This document shows positions 12,185-26,179 of a stretch of 64,000 nucleotides of DNA, piece by piece (the stretch's first letter is position 1; the number at the start of each line of letters is the position of its first letter). A program made the position numbers and the translations under genes. Under the pieces are notes generated by a model. It had not been told where the DNA came from and did not search any database. It worked only from the letters and a program-made list of their open reading frames with translations. Source of the stretch: Octopus bimaculoides (Eukaryota); contig NC_068986.1 in assembly GCF_001194135.2 (NCBI RefSeq), forward strand, positions 103,181,648 through 103,245,647, given 5' to 3'.

Positions 12185-12331
12185 NNNNNNNNNNNNNNNN
12201 NNNNNNNNNNNNNNNNNNNNNNNNNNNNNNNNNNNNNNNNNNNNNNNNNNNNNNNNNNNNNNNNNNNNNNNNNNNNNNNNNNNNNNNNNNNNNNNNNNNN
12301 NNNNNNNNNNNNNNNNNNNNNNNNNNNNNNN

Positions 12332-12383
<52 letters not shown>

Positions 12384-12870
12384 AAACTATCACACTAGCA
12401 CACTCTCTCACACACACATGCACGCGCTCTCTCTCTCACAGTCATCTTCATCCTCTTTGCGAAATTTATTCAGTATTGTTCGGCGCCTTATTCTTCTCTC
12501 ATTCATCATATTTTCAAACAAGAATGTCGTTAGATTCATCATAGTTTTCATCTGATATTTATTGATAGTTAGTGTTTGTTGTCATGTATTTCCCCTCTGA
12601 TGCATAAATACTACTTCATCGCAAGAAATGACCACTCGAAGGTCTCTGCAACTATAAACATCTAGACTACCTGAGTCTTTGAACGTAAGCCTCAGCAGCC
12701 ATGAAAGCAACACAAACCGGAGTATAAGCACCAATTACAACAACAGCAGAATAAAATTTAACAGCCATTGAACATCAATAACCCAAAGACCCTCTCAACT
12801 TACGTATTTATTCGAAAAGACAACAGGGAATTGAAGAAATACGTTAAAACAAAACAGTGACAATACTTAC

Positions 12871-12979
12871 GCAAAGCAAAGTCTTTGATGTGTCCACTGT
12901 CAAACACACGTCCAACAAGCGAATTCTGGACAGGTGAATACAAGAGATGCGTTTCAAGAGCCCTTAACAAGCAGTGCAT
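12871..12979 (-). other. Candidate exon (109 nt) of an unidentified transcript
   Basis: Acceptor ttattcttatctAG, donor GTAAGT; one open frame MHCLLRALETHLLYSPVQNSLVGRVFDSGHIKDFAL; non-repetitive context. No recognised homology. Confidence 0.2.
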
Positions 12980-14559
12980 CTAGATAAGAATAAGCAACTT
13001 ATTTAACTTCCTTGAAAATGACATAAGCAGTTAATGTAGTATGAAAATACAAATCAGTAGAAATGATCACCGTAGGACTATGTGAAGATCAGCATGGAAA
13101 TGAAAAGACCCAACGTTTCCTCTGCGTGTCACAAAAGGTGACTGTAAAGGTTAACTTACGATTTGCTCTCTGACCTTATAAAACCATAACCAACAACGTC
13201 TATTTAAACAGACACATGGATTGGATGTTTGTCACTTCATTGGTGCAAAGGTGTCATCCGCCAGGAGTATGGAATCACCAACAAATGGTGGATGCAGGAT
13301 GCGATGTTACAGCGGATGCACATTTGCTGTTGTTGCAGCTGCTGCTGCTAATACTATTATTATTATCACTATTATTACTAGTACCACCACCAGCACTATT
13401 TCTACAACTATTTCTCCAATTACCGTATATAATGAACAAATAAGAATAAAAGATAAATTATACCAAGGCTCAGGACGTTACAAACGGTCCAAAATTAAAC
13501 CTGCTACACCCAACACGTAATACGCGAAAAGTGTACACTAGAATAATACAGAATTCAAAACACATGTACAACAGAATCATCACCAAACTGTATAACATAA
13601 TACATACTCTCCCAGTCACCTAAACTAATTACGCCACACGATCGCGTATATATTTGTGAACCCTGCAATCGAATATCAATGGCTACTATACCTTATGTTA
13701 TACAGAGCGATCATTCATTCAAATAACTGAATATGCATAGTCTTCCTAATCTTCATATTACTCTTCATAATCTCGTGCCAACAGTAAAACATATAATACT
13801 AAGCACACAGTATGTGCAAAACGTAAAAAGCCCTCCTCTGCCCAGCAAAATGAAACATGACTTGTTACGTTGTTTGTTCAACAGTTGAGACACAAAAGCA
13901 ACATGAAAGTCAACACTCTTTGTACTCTGACAAATCAGGGCGAATGTAATGTGCAAACGATCTTCATTTGCAAAAGACAATACTACACTATCCCCAGGAA
14001 CGCTGAAGTAATCTCATGACACATAATGAAACCCATGGAGACTGGTTATCGTATATTTCGAAATACCTGTACTTTTGAGAAAAATCGGCGGAATGAGTAC
14101 TGTGAAATTATGGTAGTCAGTGGAAAATCCATAGTTTCTGATTGTTGTCTTTCAGTAAAAACTTAACAGGGGAGAAATGAAAGAAAAACAGCAGACATTT
14201 GGATTCTTTATGTTTGATAAATTGTTCGAAACATTATGTTTTCAACTCCCTACGGCAATTTCACTACGCTCTTTCAATCTATATTACTATAAAAGTTTAA
14301 GCGTACAGTGACACGACCAAATATTGCAAGGTATTATTTCTTTTCGGGCTATATTGACTCTTTAAATCCGACTTACTTAAACTGGATATCTAATGTTTTT
14401 ACTCGGTTATGCTTGCTATAGGTGTCTGGCATCAACAAATCTGACCCTCTTCTGTAAGACCAAACTGAAATTCCTGATTGTAGGCAGTTTCACCTATAAT
14501 TAACTTATACCGAAATATAATCACTATAACCTTTTAGCATAGGTTTTTGCACGTTTGTC

Positions 14560-16525
14560 ATCCAATTTCATAATCAGGTCATTCGACAAAACAATTTAGC
14601 ATTTACATCATTCAAATTAAAATGGCCGTCGAGAGAAATCAAATTAGTCGGAATGCAAGGAATCGTCTTTTCGAGCATTTAAATTCGCACCTGAGCATTC
14701 AAGTTCGGAATAATTTTATTCAATTTAGTAATAATTTTATGTGTGATTTTACTCACATTCTCAGACACGAATGTTAAAAATGACAAATTTAAACCGGATG
14801 TTTTGCCATGCAAATTTTATTGAGGCTGGAACTACAAGGAATAAATAAAGAAATAAATTACGTGATTCTTCTGTCCACGAAAGTCTTTTTCATTGTAACA
14901 TTCGTAACCGGTCGGTATTGGTGGTATTTTATATCCCTTTCTCTTACACCAACCTGTAATCATGGAGCCCCGCGTAAGATACATGCGTATATAGGACGAA
15001 AACAGGGCAAGGCTGGCTGACGCCTTCAAGGGGCATCAAACTGATTGCCTGCAAATGATGGATACATTTGGTATTAAAAAGAGTACTGCCCGATCCATAG
15101 TAGCTAACTACCTACGGTCTGAGAGGTGTCACAATTTGCCCAGAAGAGGTGCTCACCACGTTAAGGTTGATTAGAAAATGCGAGCCAGGCTTCAGTTAAT
15201 TATTGATGCCAACCCACTCGGAAACCTTCAACACATGAAGAGTGACTTAGAGGTAGGATTGCCCGTAAAGTCGCCTGTTTCGGTGTCTGCAATCTCACAG
15301 GCTCTAGGTGGGATGTTGATAATTATGAAGTTGGCCGAATACGTCCCAGATGCAAGAAATGCACCAAGAACTCTGGGAAAGCGTTATCACTGGGCACATT
15401 GGTTCATGGAAGAGAATTGTATTCATTTATGAATGTGGGTACTGCATTTGGACCACGCGGTCTTTTGGACGAGGTCCACGATGCGTTCCTGTTCGCTGAG
15501 TTGTCAACCGACAGCGTGAGAAAAACTGCAAATGTCATTTTCTCGGTGTCGGGAGAAATCGACGTGATTCACCGTACCACTGCGAACGATACCGTTACGC
15601 GAAACTCTTTCGATAAGTTCTTGGCGGAAACAGCTCAAGCATGTGCCGACATGTCCCCAGCGGATGAATCCGTCTACTTGATCTACGACAACGCACAGCT
15701 ACACGTTCGTGCCGAGCTCCCAGATGACCCATGGATCAGTCTGAAACTCCTGCCTCCCTACTCGCCGTTTCTTAACTCTACAGAAATGGCGCAATCTGGC
15801 TCTAAGGCGGCTATCAACTCGAACTGAGTTGCAGGAAAGGGATGGCGACCGGTCAGCTGGAGAAAAAGCCTGCATGACCATGGAAGAATGACGAGCACAT
15901 GTCATACAACAGTTCATCGCAAGTCGTAACATCGAAGCTCTCACTCCAGAAAATTGTGTTCGTTGAAATAGACACACCCAGACCTGCCTCCTGAGATGCC
16001 TCACCCGCCATGAAATATACGGATATATCCTATCAGTGTACATAGCATTCTTTCCCTGATGAAAAAAAAAGGCAAAATCAAAGATATATATATACTTTTC
16101 CCAACAACACATTACACAAAACAAGAACACATAACATAACATAATGTATTCAGAATCAAAGAGGATGAGTATTTGTTGAAAAGGGTGGGTTTCTTTAAAA
16201 AGAGTGAAAAGGCTGCAATGCGATTTCATTTAACAATTAATACATGTACCTACGCAAAAATAAAAGAATACATAGAAAAGACAAGAGTACGATAGAGTGC
16301 TTGAAGCATAAACAATGGATGAAAACACATAGTTATAATAACAATGATCATGAGATAAAATGAAAACAGCTATCGTGCTAATTCGATTGCTCCAAGTATT
16401 AAATAGATTGCTCCGAAACGAATTTGAATGCTCGAAAAGACGCTAATTTGAATGCTCTCGACGGGTATTTTAATTTGAATTATGTAAATGCTAAATTCTT
16501 TGACCGAACTGTGAAATTGAATAAA
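14560..16525 (+). mobile_element. IS630/Tc1-like DNA transposon with long inverted repeats containing internal direct repeats; transposase pseudogene 14962-about 16030
   Basis: HTH-like FGIKKSTARSIV; DDE_3-like motifs (D)ECG, LIYDNAQLH and LLPPYSPFLNSTE (31 aa between second D and E as read); stops and frameshifts. 14565-14705 is the inverted repeat of 16400-16520, with repeated gagcattcaaatt motifs. Confidence 0.8.
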
Positions 16526-17021
16526 TCGAAAAATGAATCTAAATGGCTAACTTCATGGCGATAATTTTTTTTCGCGACTTTGAATGACCCAATTATCAAA
16601 TTGAATGAAACCTTATGAAAAAGACTGCAAAAAACCTATACTATCCCCATTATACTGAATCAAACTTGGAACTACAATTATAACTCTGAAATGGTCGATT
16701 TTGAGGAATGCATTTCACATGCCTTCACCTCAGTACACCATAGGCAACCTATTCTTCTCAAATTTTTCAACAATTCTTTTCATCTAACATTTCGTTGCAT
16801 CTAAAAATTAGTGTAATACCTGCAAGCTAAAGGCGGAAAGTACCACACCAAGTGCACCACTGATATGGAGAATCTTCGTGTTAGATCAATAGACTACTTT
16901 CAGAATATAATCTTTTCAACGACCAAAGTTATCTTAAACTTAACCGTCTATTCTCTTTGAAAAACCTTCTGCAAAAGAAACAATATTAGTTTACAAACAT
17001 ATATATTTATACAAATGTATA

Positions 17022-17064
<43 letters not shown>

Positions 17065-17071
<7 letters not shown>

Positions 17072-17239
17072 CGGGACGGAGGCGTCGGTAGACTAAACGT
17101 CGAGTTCGGTAGAGTCGAGTCGCGGAAGTGAGAGTTGAGTAGAGGTCATCCGCACCTGCGATATAGCAGGGATATTCGAAAGTACTAAACAGAAAGATAA
17201 ACAGCGACTGATGGGTTAACATAATACGTAGTCTTAACA
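17065..17239 (-). other. CpG-rich TG...CA-bounded segment, possible truncated solo LTR
   Basis: Minus strand starts TGTTAAG, has ctatatcgc followed by pyrimidine-rich ctctactcaactctcacttccgcg, ends CA at a (TA)n tract. No TSD found. Confidence 0.25.
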
Positions 17240-18345
17240 GAAGGATCTCCAGCAATCGCATTCGTAATCTTATTCTATGCAATGTATAAGGGCTCCGATA
17301 AAGTTATCCAAGGTACCTAATGGGTATATAAATCCTGTATTGAATTCATATTGATAATAGAAATATATGGTTCAATATAGATGTCGTATTTTATCCGCCG
17401 TAGTTTATCCTCGAAATGGCCATACATTTCCTGCCTACCCTATTTTACTTAAACGCCATGGATCTATCCAAAAATATGGTAAAAGCCATCTGTTCAATGT
17501 CTAAAACTAAAACCAGAGTTTATTCGGGAATATAAAAAAAAAACAGATTTGAATTACAAAATTGTTTAGACAATAGATAGTTCGCAGACGCCATCTGCAA
17601 AATGTGGTAATTAGATAAATATTATTATTATTCCTTCACTGATATAATTTTCTTCCCACATTTCAAATATATTTTTAGTTAGTCTGTTAACGTTCCACAC
17701 ATTAAATATTTTAGCTGTAACTTACTTAAAAATTCATAAGAAAATATCTGTGAAACATGTGATACTGTGATTTTTTTAAATCCGTTATATTTTATATGCA
17801 TGTATATCGCATTAATTTCTCTTTATGGTATTACAAAACGTTACTTATATAACCTTAAATAACATATGTATCCAGACTTATAATGTGATTATTCCCAATT
17901 TAACAATGCATAACACATCACACTGTCGCCAGCTTTTTAGAAGTAGTTTTCTCTGCTCAATAGTCGTTTGATTTTTATATTTATCTATCTCTTTAAAAAT
18001 CTATATTTTTATATAAGATTTTCTTCATACACATTGATTTCCTTATTCGCTGGTATTTTGTGATTTATAATGTCTTTTTGATTTTCATTTCTATCTTTAC
18101 ATAATGTTTTATTATAACTGTGTGCGTACTGGTGTTTATGTCTATATCTATATACCGATGTGCCTGAGTGTATCCGATGTGGCTACTTTTGGAGAAAGTG
18201 TAAATCAGAATGGATCTATGTTCTTGTTGCGGTGACATATCTAAATTCGATATATAGACATGTCTGGCGAATCTAATTCATATTAATATTGACCAATATG
18301 TGTTTCTTTTTGTATGTATGCTTATATATGCCAATGTATATACGC

Positions 18346-18389
<44 letters not shown>

Positions 18390-19338
18390 CGTGTGTGTGT
18401 GTGTGTCTGTGTAAATATGTATGTCTCCGTTTATGTATGTATCGTCAACTGGACTCGATAGCTAAAGTTGAATTAGATATTTATTTTCTAAATGGTGAGA
18501 GTAACTACAATGTTTGGCCAAATCTTGGTTTCCATTGTATACTAGACGAAAGCCATCAGTCATATACGGACCGGTGAGAGGAATCAATCTGAAACAAGTA
18601 GTTATAATGGGTGAAGTAGCATTATTGATACATGACAATCCAAAATCCCAATAGAAACGGTCATATTCTATATTTGGCTGAATATGGTAAAAATAAAATA
18701 TGGTAAAAATAAAATATAAAAATAGAATATATCAGGTTAACGTTGGATGAAAACTTGCTCGTGTGATTACATAAGATATTCTGATTGTTTATCAATATAT
18801 GCATTTGAAGAATTGTATATGTTTATAACGGAAATCATTTAGGAAAATTCACGATCAGAAAAAGTGTTTTGCGAAGGTTGGTGTTAAATGGCTTTAGGTG
18901 ACTTGAATATTTTGATCTGGTTCCTATTGAGGAGCAAAATTGCATTGATCTTGTTTCTATTTCCAACAACAACATCACTTAAGGTCTTGGACTGAGCTAG
19001 ATCAATCTGGCCACAATATTACTGGCCGCAAGGTGGACTGTGGTTGACACTGAACTAGAATACAAAACGTTATGAATTTTGCAAGGTTTCAAAGCATGAA
19101 AGTAATTTAAAGTTCAAATATCTGGTGTGCACAAAATTTGTACTTTTATAAATATATAATTTGAACGAAACTATATCTGCTAAATGCAAATTAAAATTTT
19201 ATATTACTGATAATCTTTATATACAATCTATGTCATGATATAGAACTAGTATGTGATGTTTTAAGCTGAAATAATCAAGATTAAAGGCTATAATTACGTT
19301 AGTGAAACAATTATGATTTTTTTCCTATTCATCTTTAG

Positions 19339-19440
19339 AGATTACCTACAGAGGATTCCCTCGAAATAAATAAGAAATGCAGGAAGATTTCCCAAGTTAA
19401 ATTACAAGAAAACTGTAAAAGTACATTTTCACATGCGATT
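19339..19440 (+). other. Candidate phase-0 symmetric exon (102 nt)
   Basis: Acceptor ttttttcctattcatctttAG, donor GTGAGT; only frame 0 open: RLPTEDSLEINKKCRKISQVKLQENCKSTFSHAI. No recognised homology. Confidence 0.2.
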
Positions 19441-19978
19441 GTGAGTAATTCTCTTTTATTCCCAAGCGGCGTTTAATCAGCATAATCGAAAGTTGTATGA
19501 GATAAAATTACATCTGAATGCAATGTACTTTTACTATTTCAGTTGAAAAACCATGTGACGTTAGATTAATTTGATAATTATACTGCGTTAGTGAGAAGAG
19601 GCGTTTATGCTTTAGTTTAAACATTTTATGTGGCCATTCACGGCAACCGGTATAATCTAAAAGAAATGTGAGTAAAATTTGAACTATGGGGATTTGATGT
19701 AATGAACCAGTTAGGACTAAACTAGGATAATATATTACAAAATTCCGCTGCAGGTATACATACCTCTGGAAAATATACTCACTTACTGTATAACTAGATG
19801 AGAACGCCGTTCAGTTGATTAAGCTGAAATACTCATAATCAAAGCTAGCGGTTCGAAGTCATGGGTTTTATTTTATGTAACAAGCATGTCGATATTATCT
19901 TCTTGCAATTATAAGTATGTGAAGGACTATTGCAATTCTACCTGACGTGCCTCTCTCACGCACATATAAACAAACACA

Positions 19979-20015
<37 letters not shown>

Positions 20016-20029
20016 ACACACACACACAC

Positions 20030-20072
<43 letters not shown>

Positions 20073-21264
20073 ACTATACTTCTTCCATTAAGTTGGTTAT
20101 GAGCCAACGAGAATCATCTAAGAGAACATTTAACCTGATATAAATAGCAAAACCTATCCTTCAAGATCCCTATCACTCTCTTGGAAAAAAAGCCATTTGC
20201 AATGAAATGTTTGAGTTTCTTGTGTAGAGGCATAAATGGATTGGTCACAGCTAGAAGTTTTGTTACCATAGTTCTACGCACTCAGAACTGTGGCTAGGCA
20301 GTCCAAAGAACCAGTATAATAACTAAATACCTTTATATAATTGACTATAAATTTACAAAGCACTAAAGAACAAAATAATAATGCGTATATATATTTTTGA
20401 CACCAGAACGAAATGGCATTTTCTGCTGAATTTCTTCTCGAAGAAAGAATTACTCTCTATAGTCATTTTGTGAAAATACTCACTAAGCTCTAAACGACCT
20501 TAGCAGATTTCCAGACGCAGTAATTTGGTATGATTTCATTCGTCAAGGATATAACATATTTCATAATCTATTAACATTTTTTTCTCCATTACTCTATATA
20601 CTCTGAGTTCCAACTTTTGCTTTCGTACCTTTAGCGAAATAAACTCATAAAATATTGTATTTGATATTGGACTCAAAATGTATTTCAACCAAAAGATAAT
20701 TGTCTACCTTGTCAATAATACCGTCAGTGTAAATTTGTTTTAATAAAATACGTTATTAAATCGATCTCTGGTCCCTTTCCATCGAAATTACAAAAGCAAA
20801 CATAACTCAGAATCAATCTCATACACATTTCGTTCGTAAGTTTTTCTTTAAGTTATTTTTATATTACTCATCTACGCATAATAGGTTAGATGTAAAAAAA
20901 GAATTGTTTACGATAGCAACCAAAATTGTTGTTTTAGTGTTTTCTAGTACATTAACTATATAAATCTTACTACATTTCATATATATTTCTAAAGGCTTTT
21001 CCATAAAATACTCGTATCAATAAAGTAAAAAATACATTTTTCTTAAAACATTTATCGCCTTTGATGTGATTAATTGTGTTTCATATACAATTCTATGGTA
21101 CTTTCCATATCATAAGAAATCGACTGAATAAACCCATTATTACTGATATATATTTCATAAAGTATTTGGTTATATAAGAAACGAATTTTTAAACCTAATA
21201 CACACATGATTTTTTATGCTTCTTTGTAAATAAACTCAAACCCGTTTCCACACAAAACAATTTC

Positions 21265-21770
21265 TATAAACATGGGCGCCGGCATGACTTCGTGGTTAAC
21301 AATTTCGCTTTGCAATCATCATGTGATCTTAGGTTCAGTTACCCGATCTGCTATTTTTCTCCTTATTGCTATATACTGAATAGAATACTCGGATAGATAT
21401 ATTTATGCATCACAAATATTTGTATAATCATTTATTTCTCTAAGATATTTTTACACTGTTTATCCACTATATTCATCTACTATAGCCTCGGTACGACCAA
21501 GAACTTGTGGGTAGATTTAGTAGACAGAAACTGAAAGAAGCCTATCGTGCATGCTTATGTCCGTGTGTCTGTATTTGTCCCTACGCAACCGCTTAACATC
21601 CGATGTTGGTACGTTTACGTACCCGAAGTATAGCGGTTCGACAAAAGGGTACAATATATGTACAATACTTACAAAGAATTAAGTACTGAGGTCTATTTCT
21701 TCGACCAAATCTTCTTAAGGTGCTGCTCCAGCCAGGAGTCAAATGGCTGAAACAAGTGATAGAATAAATA
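21265..21770 (+). mobile_element. Degenerate SINE family A
   Basis: tctactatagcctcgg..gaccaa..cttgtgggtagatttagtagacagaaactgaaagaagcc and 3' gagtcaaatggctgaaacaag. Confidence 0.7.
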
Positions 21771-21890
21771 TATATATGTATATATATATATATATATATN
21801 NNNNNNNNNNNNNNNNNNNNNNNNNNNNNNNNNNNNNNNNNNNNNNNNNNNNNNNNNNNNNNNNNNNNNNNNNNNNNNNNNNNNNNNNNN

Positions 21891-21938
<48 letters not shown>

Positions 21939-22598
21939 TGTGTGTCTGTGTGTCTGTGTGTGTGTAAGTGTGCGTGTGTGAATTATTCGAACTTTTATAT
22001 CGAATTTACCTTTCGAATCTCGAAAACACGCTGCTTCCTTTCCTATATTAATTACATCGGAGAAACGCACTGTTGAAAACGCTCCAACTAGATTTGTATT
22101 TTTGTGAGCGCGGACAGGGAATTAATGAAATAATGAAACGCCCCGAGCAGAAGAAAATTTTAGAGAGAATTTCATACATAGATTCCTCTTATATTACATA
22201 AATATCATTCACAGTCAACCGAATATTTAGATGATTATCAGAATGTTAAACTATTTCTCTCTCACAATATGTCTAAATTTAATAAGAAAAGAGAATCAAA
22301 CAACTTTATATGTATATGTATCGTCTTTATTTTTTAAATGAGATTGTGATTATGGAACTGCAATGCTGAGAATAAATTCTAAAAGTGAAATTGAAATACA
22401 CATTCTGTGGAGTAATTGATTTAGTAATGATCTGAATATAATTTTCTTTAACTTTATTTTATCTAGTTTTAAGTGAATTATTTGCAACAATGTGGTTTTC
22501 AGTTCAGTTCTGGAATTTCTTCACAAATGTGTGTGTGTGTGTGTGTAGATAGATAGATAAATAGACAGACAGAGAAAAAGAGATAGATGAATGGATAG

Positions 22599-22655
<57 letters not shown>

Positions 22656-22666
22656 CCCATAGATAG

Positions 22667-22704
<38 letters not shown>

Positions 22705-22714
22705 GGACAGACAA

Positions 22715-22756
<42 letters not shown>

Positions 22757-22757
<1 letters not shown>

Positions 22758-23160
22758 CATTTCTTTTATTAGCCACACAGGGCTCAACGAAGATGGGACA
22801 AATACAATGTAGAGCTTTTCTTTTTGGGAGGGGGAAGGAAGGAAAAAAAAAGATAGACAGACGGACAGACAAATAGATACATAGATAGATAGATAGATAA
22901 CTTTCTTTATTATCCACATAGGGCCGAACACAGAGGGGACAAAATACAATGCAGAGCTTTTATTCTCGAAAGGAAAAAAAGAAGAAATTAGAAGGAAAAG
23001 AAGGGAAAAAATCTGACCGCAAGGAATCGTGTACAAAAAAGAAAAAAAAGAAGGTCAAAAGGGATCGTATATCACAGAACAGAGCAAAAAAAAGGTTTAT
23101 CTGTGGAAAGAAAAGCTTACGAAAAGACCACGGTAACCTTAGGCAGGGAGGGAAAAAATC
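22757..23160 (-). mobile_element. Two tandem 3' ends of a probable LINE (polypyrimidine 3' UTR, AATAAA-like end, (TCTA)n tail)
   Basis: Duplicated segment tttct(t)ttatta.ccaca.agggc...ac..aga.gggacaaa.tacaatg.agagctttt at 22759 and 22902, each abutting (GATA)n. Confidence 0.5.
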
Positions 23161-23600
23161 AAGGATGCGAGCTGGCAGAAACGTTAGCACGTCGGGCGAA
23201 ATGTTTAGCGGTATTTCGTCTTCTTTACGTGTCGAGTTCAAATTCCACCGAGGTTGACTTTCCCCTTCATTCTTCCGGGGTCGATAAATTAAGTAACAGT
23301 TGCGTACTGGAGTCGATCTAATCGATGGGCCCCCTCACAAAAAATCTCGGGCCTTGTGCGTAGAGTAGAAACGAATATATCAAGACGGCGAGCTGGCAGA
23401 AACGTTAGCACGCCGGGTGAAATGCTTAGTGTTATTTCGTCTGTCTTTATGTTCTGAATTCAAATTGCGCCAAGGTCGACTTTGCCATTTATCCTTTCGG
23501 GGTCGATAGATTAAGTACCAGTTGCGTAGTAGGGTCAATCTAATCAAATAGCGCCCTCTCCCAAAATTTCGAGCCTTGCGCCTAGAGTAGAAAAGCATAT
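23161..23600 (+). mobile_element. Two head-to-tail SINE family B copies (23161-23378, 23381-23600)
   Basis: Both begin gcgagctggcagaaacgttagcacg.cggg.gaaatg and end gccttg.gc.tagagtagaaa. Confidence 0.9.
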
Positions 23601-23872
23601 CTGTAATATATATACTCCTCAAGGCCTAACAGTTTAGCTTACGAGACAAATGTCGTTCTGTCGATTTTGCAACTTAGATGTGTTTAGTGTAGACATGGCG
23701 TTCGAATGCTGTAAGCAATGTTTCTACTTTTCGCGCTCTATTCTAGTCTAGATTTATTGCCTATTTAACATATACATATAAATCTATGATTTATATATAT
23801 ATACGCATATATACATGTATACATATACGTATATATATATGTATATATATATAGATATGCATAAATAAATAA

Positions 23873-23915
<43 letters not shown>

Positions 23916-24437
23916 NNNNNNNNNNNNNNNNNNNNNNNNNNNNNNNNNNNNNNNNNNNNNNNNNNNNNNNNNNNNNNNNNNNNNNNNNNNNNNNNNNNNN
24001 NNNNNNNNNNNNNNNNNNNNNNNNNNNNNNNNNNNNNNNNNNNNNNNNNNNNNNNNNNNNNNNNNNNNNNNNNNNNNNNNNNNNNNNNNNNNNNNNNNNN
24101 NNNNNNNNNNNNNNNNNNNNNNNNNNNNNNNNNNNNNNNNNNNNNNNNNNNNNNNNNNNNNNNNNNNNNNNNNNNNNNNNNNNNNNNNNNNNNNNNNNNN
24201 NNNNNNNNNNNNNNNNNNNNNNNNNNNNNNNNNNNNNNNNNNNNNNNNNNNNNNNNNNNNNNNNNNNNNNNNNNNNNNNNNNNNNNNNNNNNNNNNNNNN
24301 NNNNNNNNNNNNNNNNNNNNNNNNNNNNNNNNNNNNNNNNNNNNNNNNNNNNNNNNNNNNNNNNNNNNNNNNNNNNNNNNNNNNNNNNNNNNNNNNNNNN
24401 NNNNNNNNNNNNNNNNNNNNNNNNNNNNNNNNNNNNN

Positions 24438-24504
<67 letters not shown>

Positions 24505-24812
24505 ACACTTGTAATAGTAGACACTCACTTGCATATATATATGTACGAGTGTATGTATAAGAAGAAAACGCTGTCGGAATCACTCAATAAAATATAAAGC
24601 TGTTACATTCACATTGAATTCAAACTTATTTCGTGAAATTTCAAAGAATCTGTCGCATAGTTGTGACCTGGCTACTTACCCCATCTCCTCTGTAACAGCT
24701 TGGAACTTTCTAGTTTTCTTTGTACGTTTCATTTAGCTTTGACACCTCATGAAACTTATCGAAATTTTATGTGTTATTAACAGGAATGTATGCAAATAGC
24801 TTTTCCATCTTA

Positions 24813-25681
24813 TACATGATGCGATGGTTAAATTGTCGCCATTTAAATTTTTAATTACCGCACGCGCGTTGTTTGTCTTTGATTTTGTCGAATACACAGA
24901 ATTCTAGGGTCTGTGAGAAAAACTGCACTTTGACGCAAATCACTCAGACAGAAATTTGGAAAAAAACTTGCTGTACTGCTTGGCATTTGCGCCGGAAGCT
25001 CTAATACGAACAGATGGTGAAAACACAGAAACAAGCTTTGGCGTGCCGTGTCCCCAAATCATGTACCGAGATTGATAAAAATGAAGAATCCAGTGAACAT
25101 CATGGTATTTGGAGTGATCACTAGGAAAGATGGTGACGTTATGCCTCCAATTCATCTTCACGGCTTCAAACTCAACACGGAGGCCTACACCAAGTGTCTC
25201 GATGAGGTAGTACTACCCTGGTTAAAGAGGCTGGCTACTGGAAAACCCTATGTCTGGCAAAAGATTCTGCACCATGCCACACAAGCAGGTGAACCCAGTC
25301 ATAGCTGTCAGACAATTTCTGCGACCACATCACCCCTAACATCTGACCACCTAACTCCCCAGACTGCAACCTCCTTGATTATTATGTGCGGAGCGCAGTT
25401 GAGCGAAAGACCAACAAAACTCCTTGTAATACCAAAGATGAGTTCAAGACAAGGATTATCGCAGCACTCACCAATTTAAACAAGGAGATCGTCTAGAAGA
25501 TTTGCAGATTTCGATGTTGTCTGGAGGTCGTAGCTGAAGCCAAATACGAATTCATTGAATAAATTTACTCTTTAGTATTTCAAGAGATTTTTATGTAATT
25601 TTCGTAAATGTATCTGTTAAAATGAGATGTCAGGGTTATTTTCATTTTTGCGTAATTTAGACGACAATTTATTCACCCTGC

Positions 25682-25683
<2 letters not shown>
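24813..25683 (+). mobile_element. Internally deleted DD37D (maT-type) mariner-like transposon
   Basis: MKNPVNIMVFGVIT..GKPYVWQ/DSAPCHTSR*TQS*LSDNFCDHITPNI*PPNSPDCNLLD, with exactly 37 residues between the second and third D. Imperfect terminal IRs share taaattgtcg. Confidence 0.85.
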
Positions 25684-25734
<51 letters not shown>

Positions 25735-25738
<4 letters not shown>

Positions 25739-25950
25739 GTGTCTGTGCTTGTTCCCTCATCACTGCTTGATAACCGGTGTTGGTGTGTTAATGTCTCTTT
25801 TGCTTAGCGGTTCGGCAAAAGAACTAAAAAGATAAGTTCAATGCTTGAAAATAAAAAAAATAAGTCTTGGGGTTGATTCCTTCGACTAAAATCCTTCAAA
25901 TTGATGCCTCACCATAACCAAAGTCAAATGACTGAAACAATATAAGAATG
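25735..25950 (+). mobile_element. SINE family A 3' half
   Basis: cttagcggttcggcaaaag..tcaaatgactgaaaca following a (TG)n tract. Confidence 0.7.
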
Positions 25951-26179
25951 AAGGAAACCGCGAAGTTACTATCAATAAATGAATACAAAAACCAAATGTT
26001 TTATTACCTGACATTCGTTGTTGATTTTTGCATAATGTTTAACCAGAGAAAGGCAGCGAGCTGGCAGGAAGTGTTCGTTAAGTGTTTACGTGAATGAGAA
26101 AAGCTATGCTTATAAAGGTTAGGTCAGACGGAACTGTTGGCATGTTAAGGTATGTCCTAGTGACGTGGTAGACGAGTGA

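Noticed and set aside
22949-23257. Lysine-rich 102-aa ORF
   Set aside because: Reverse reading of a polypyrimidine LINE-like 3' UTR running into a SINE B.
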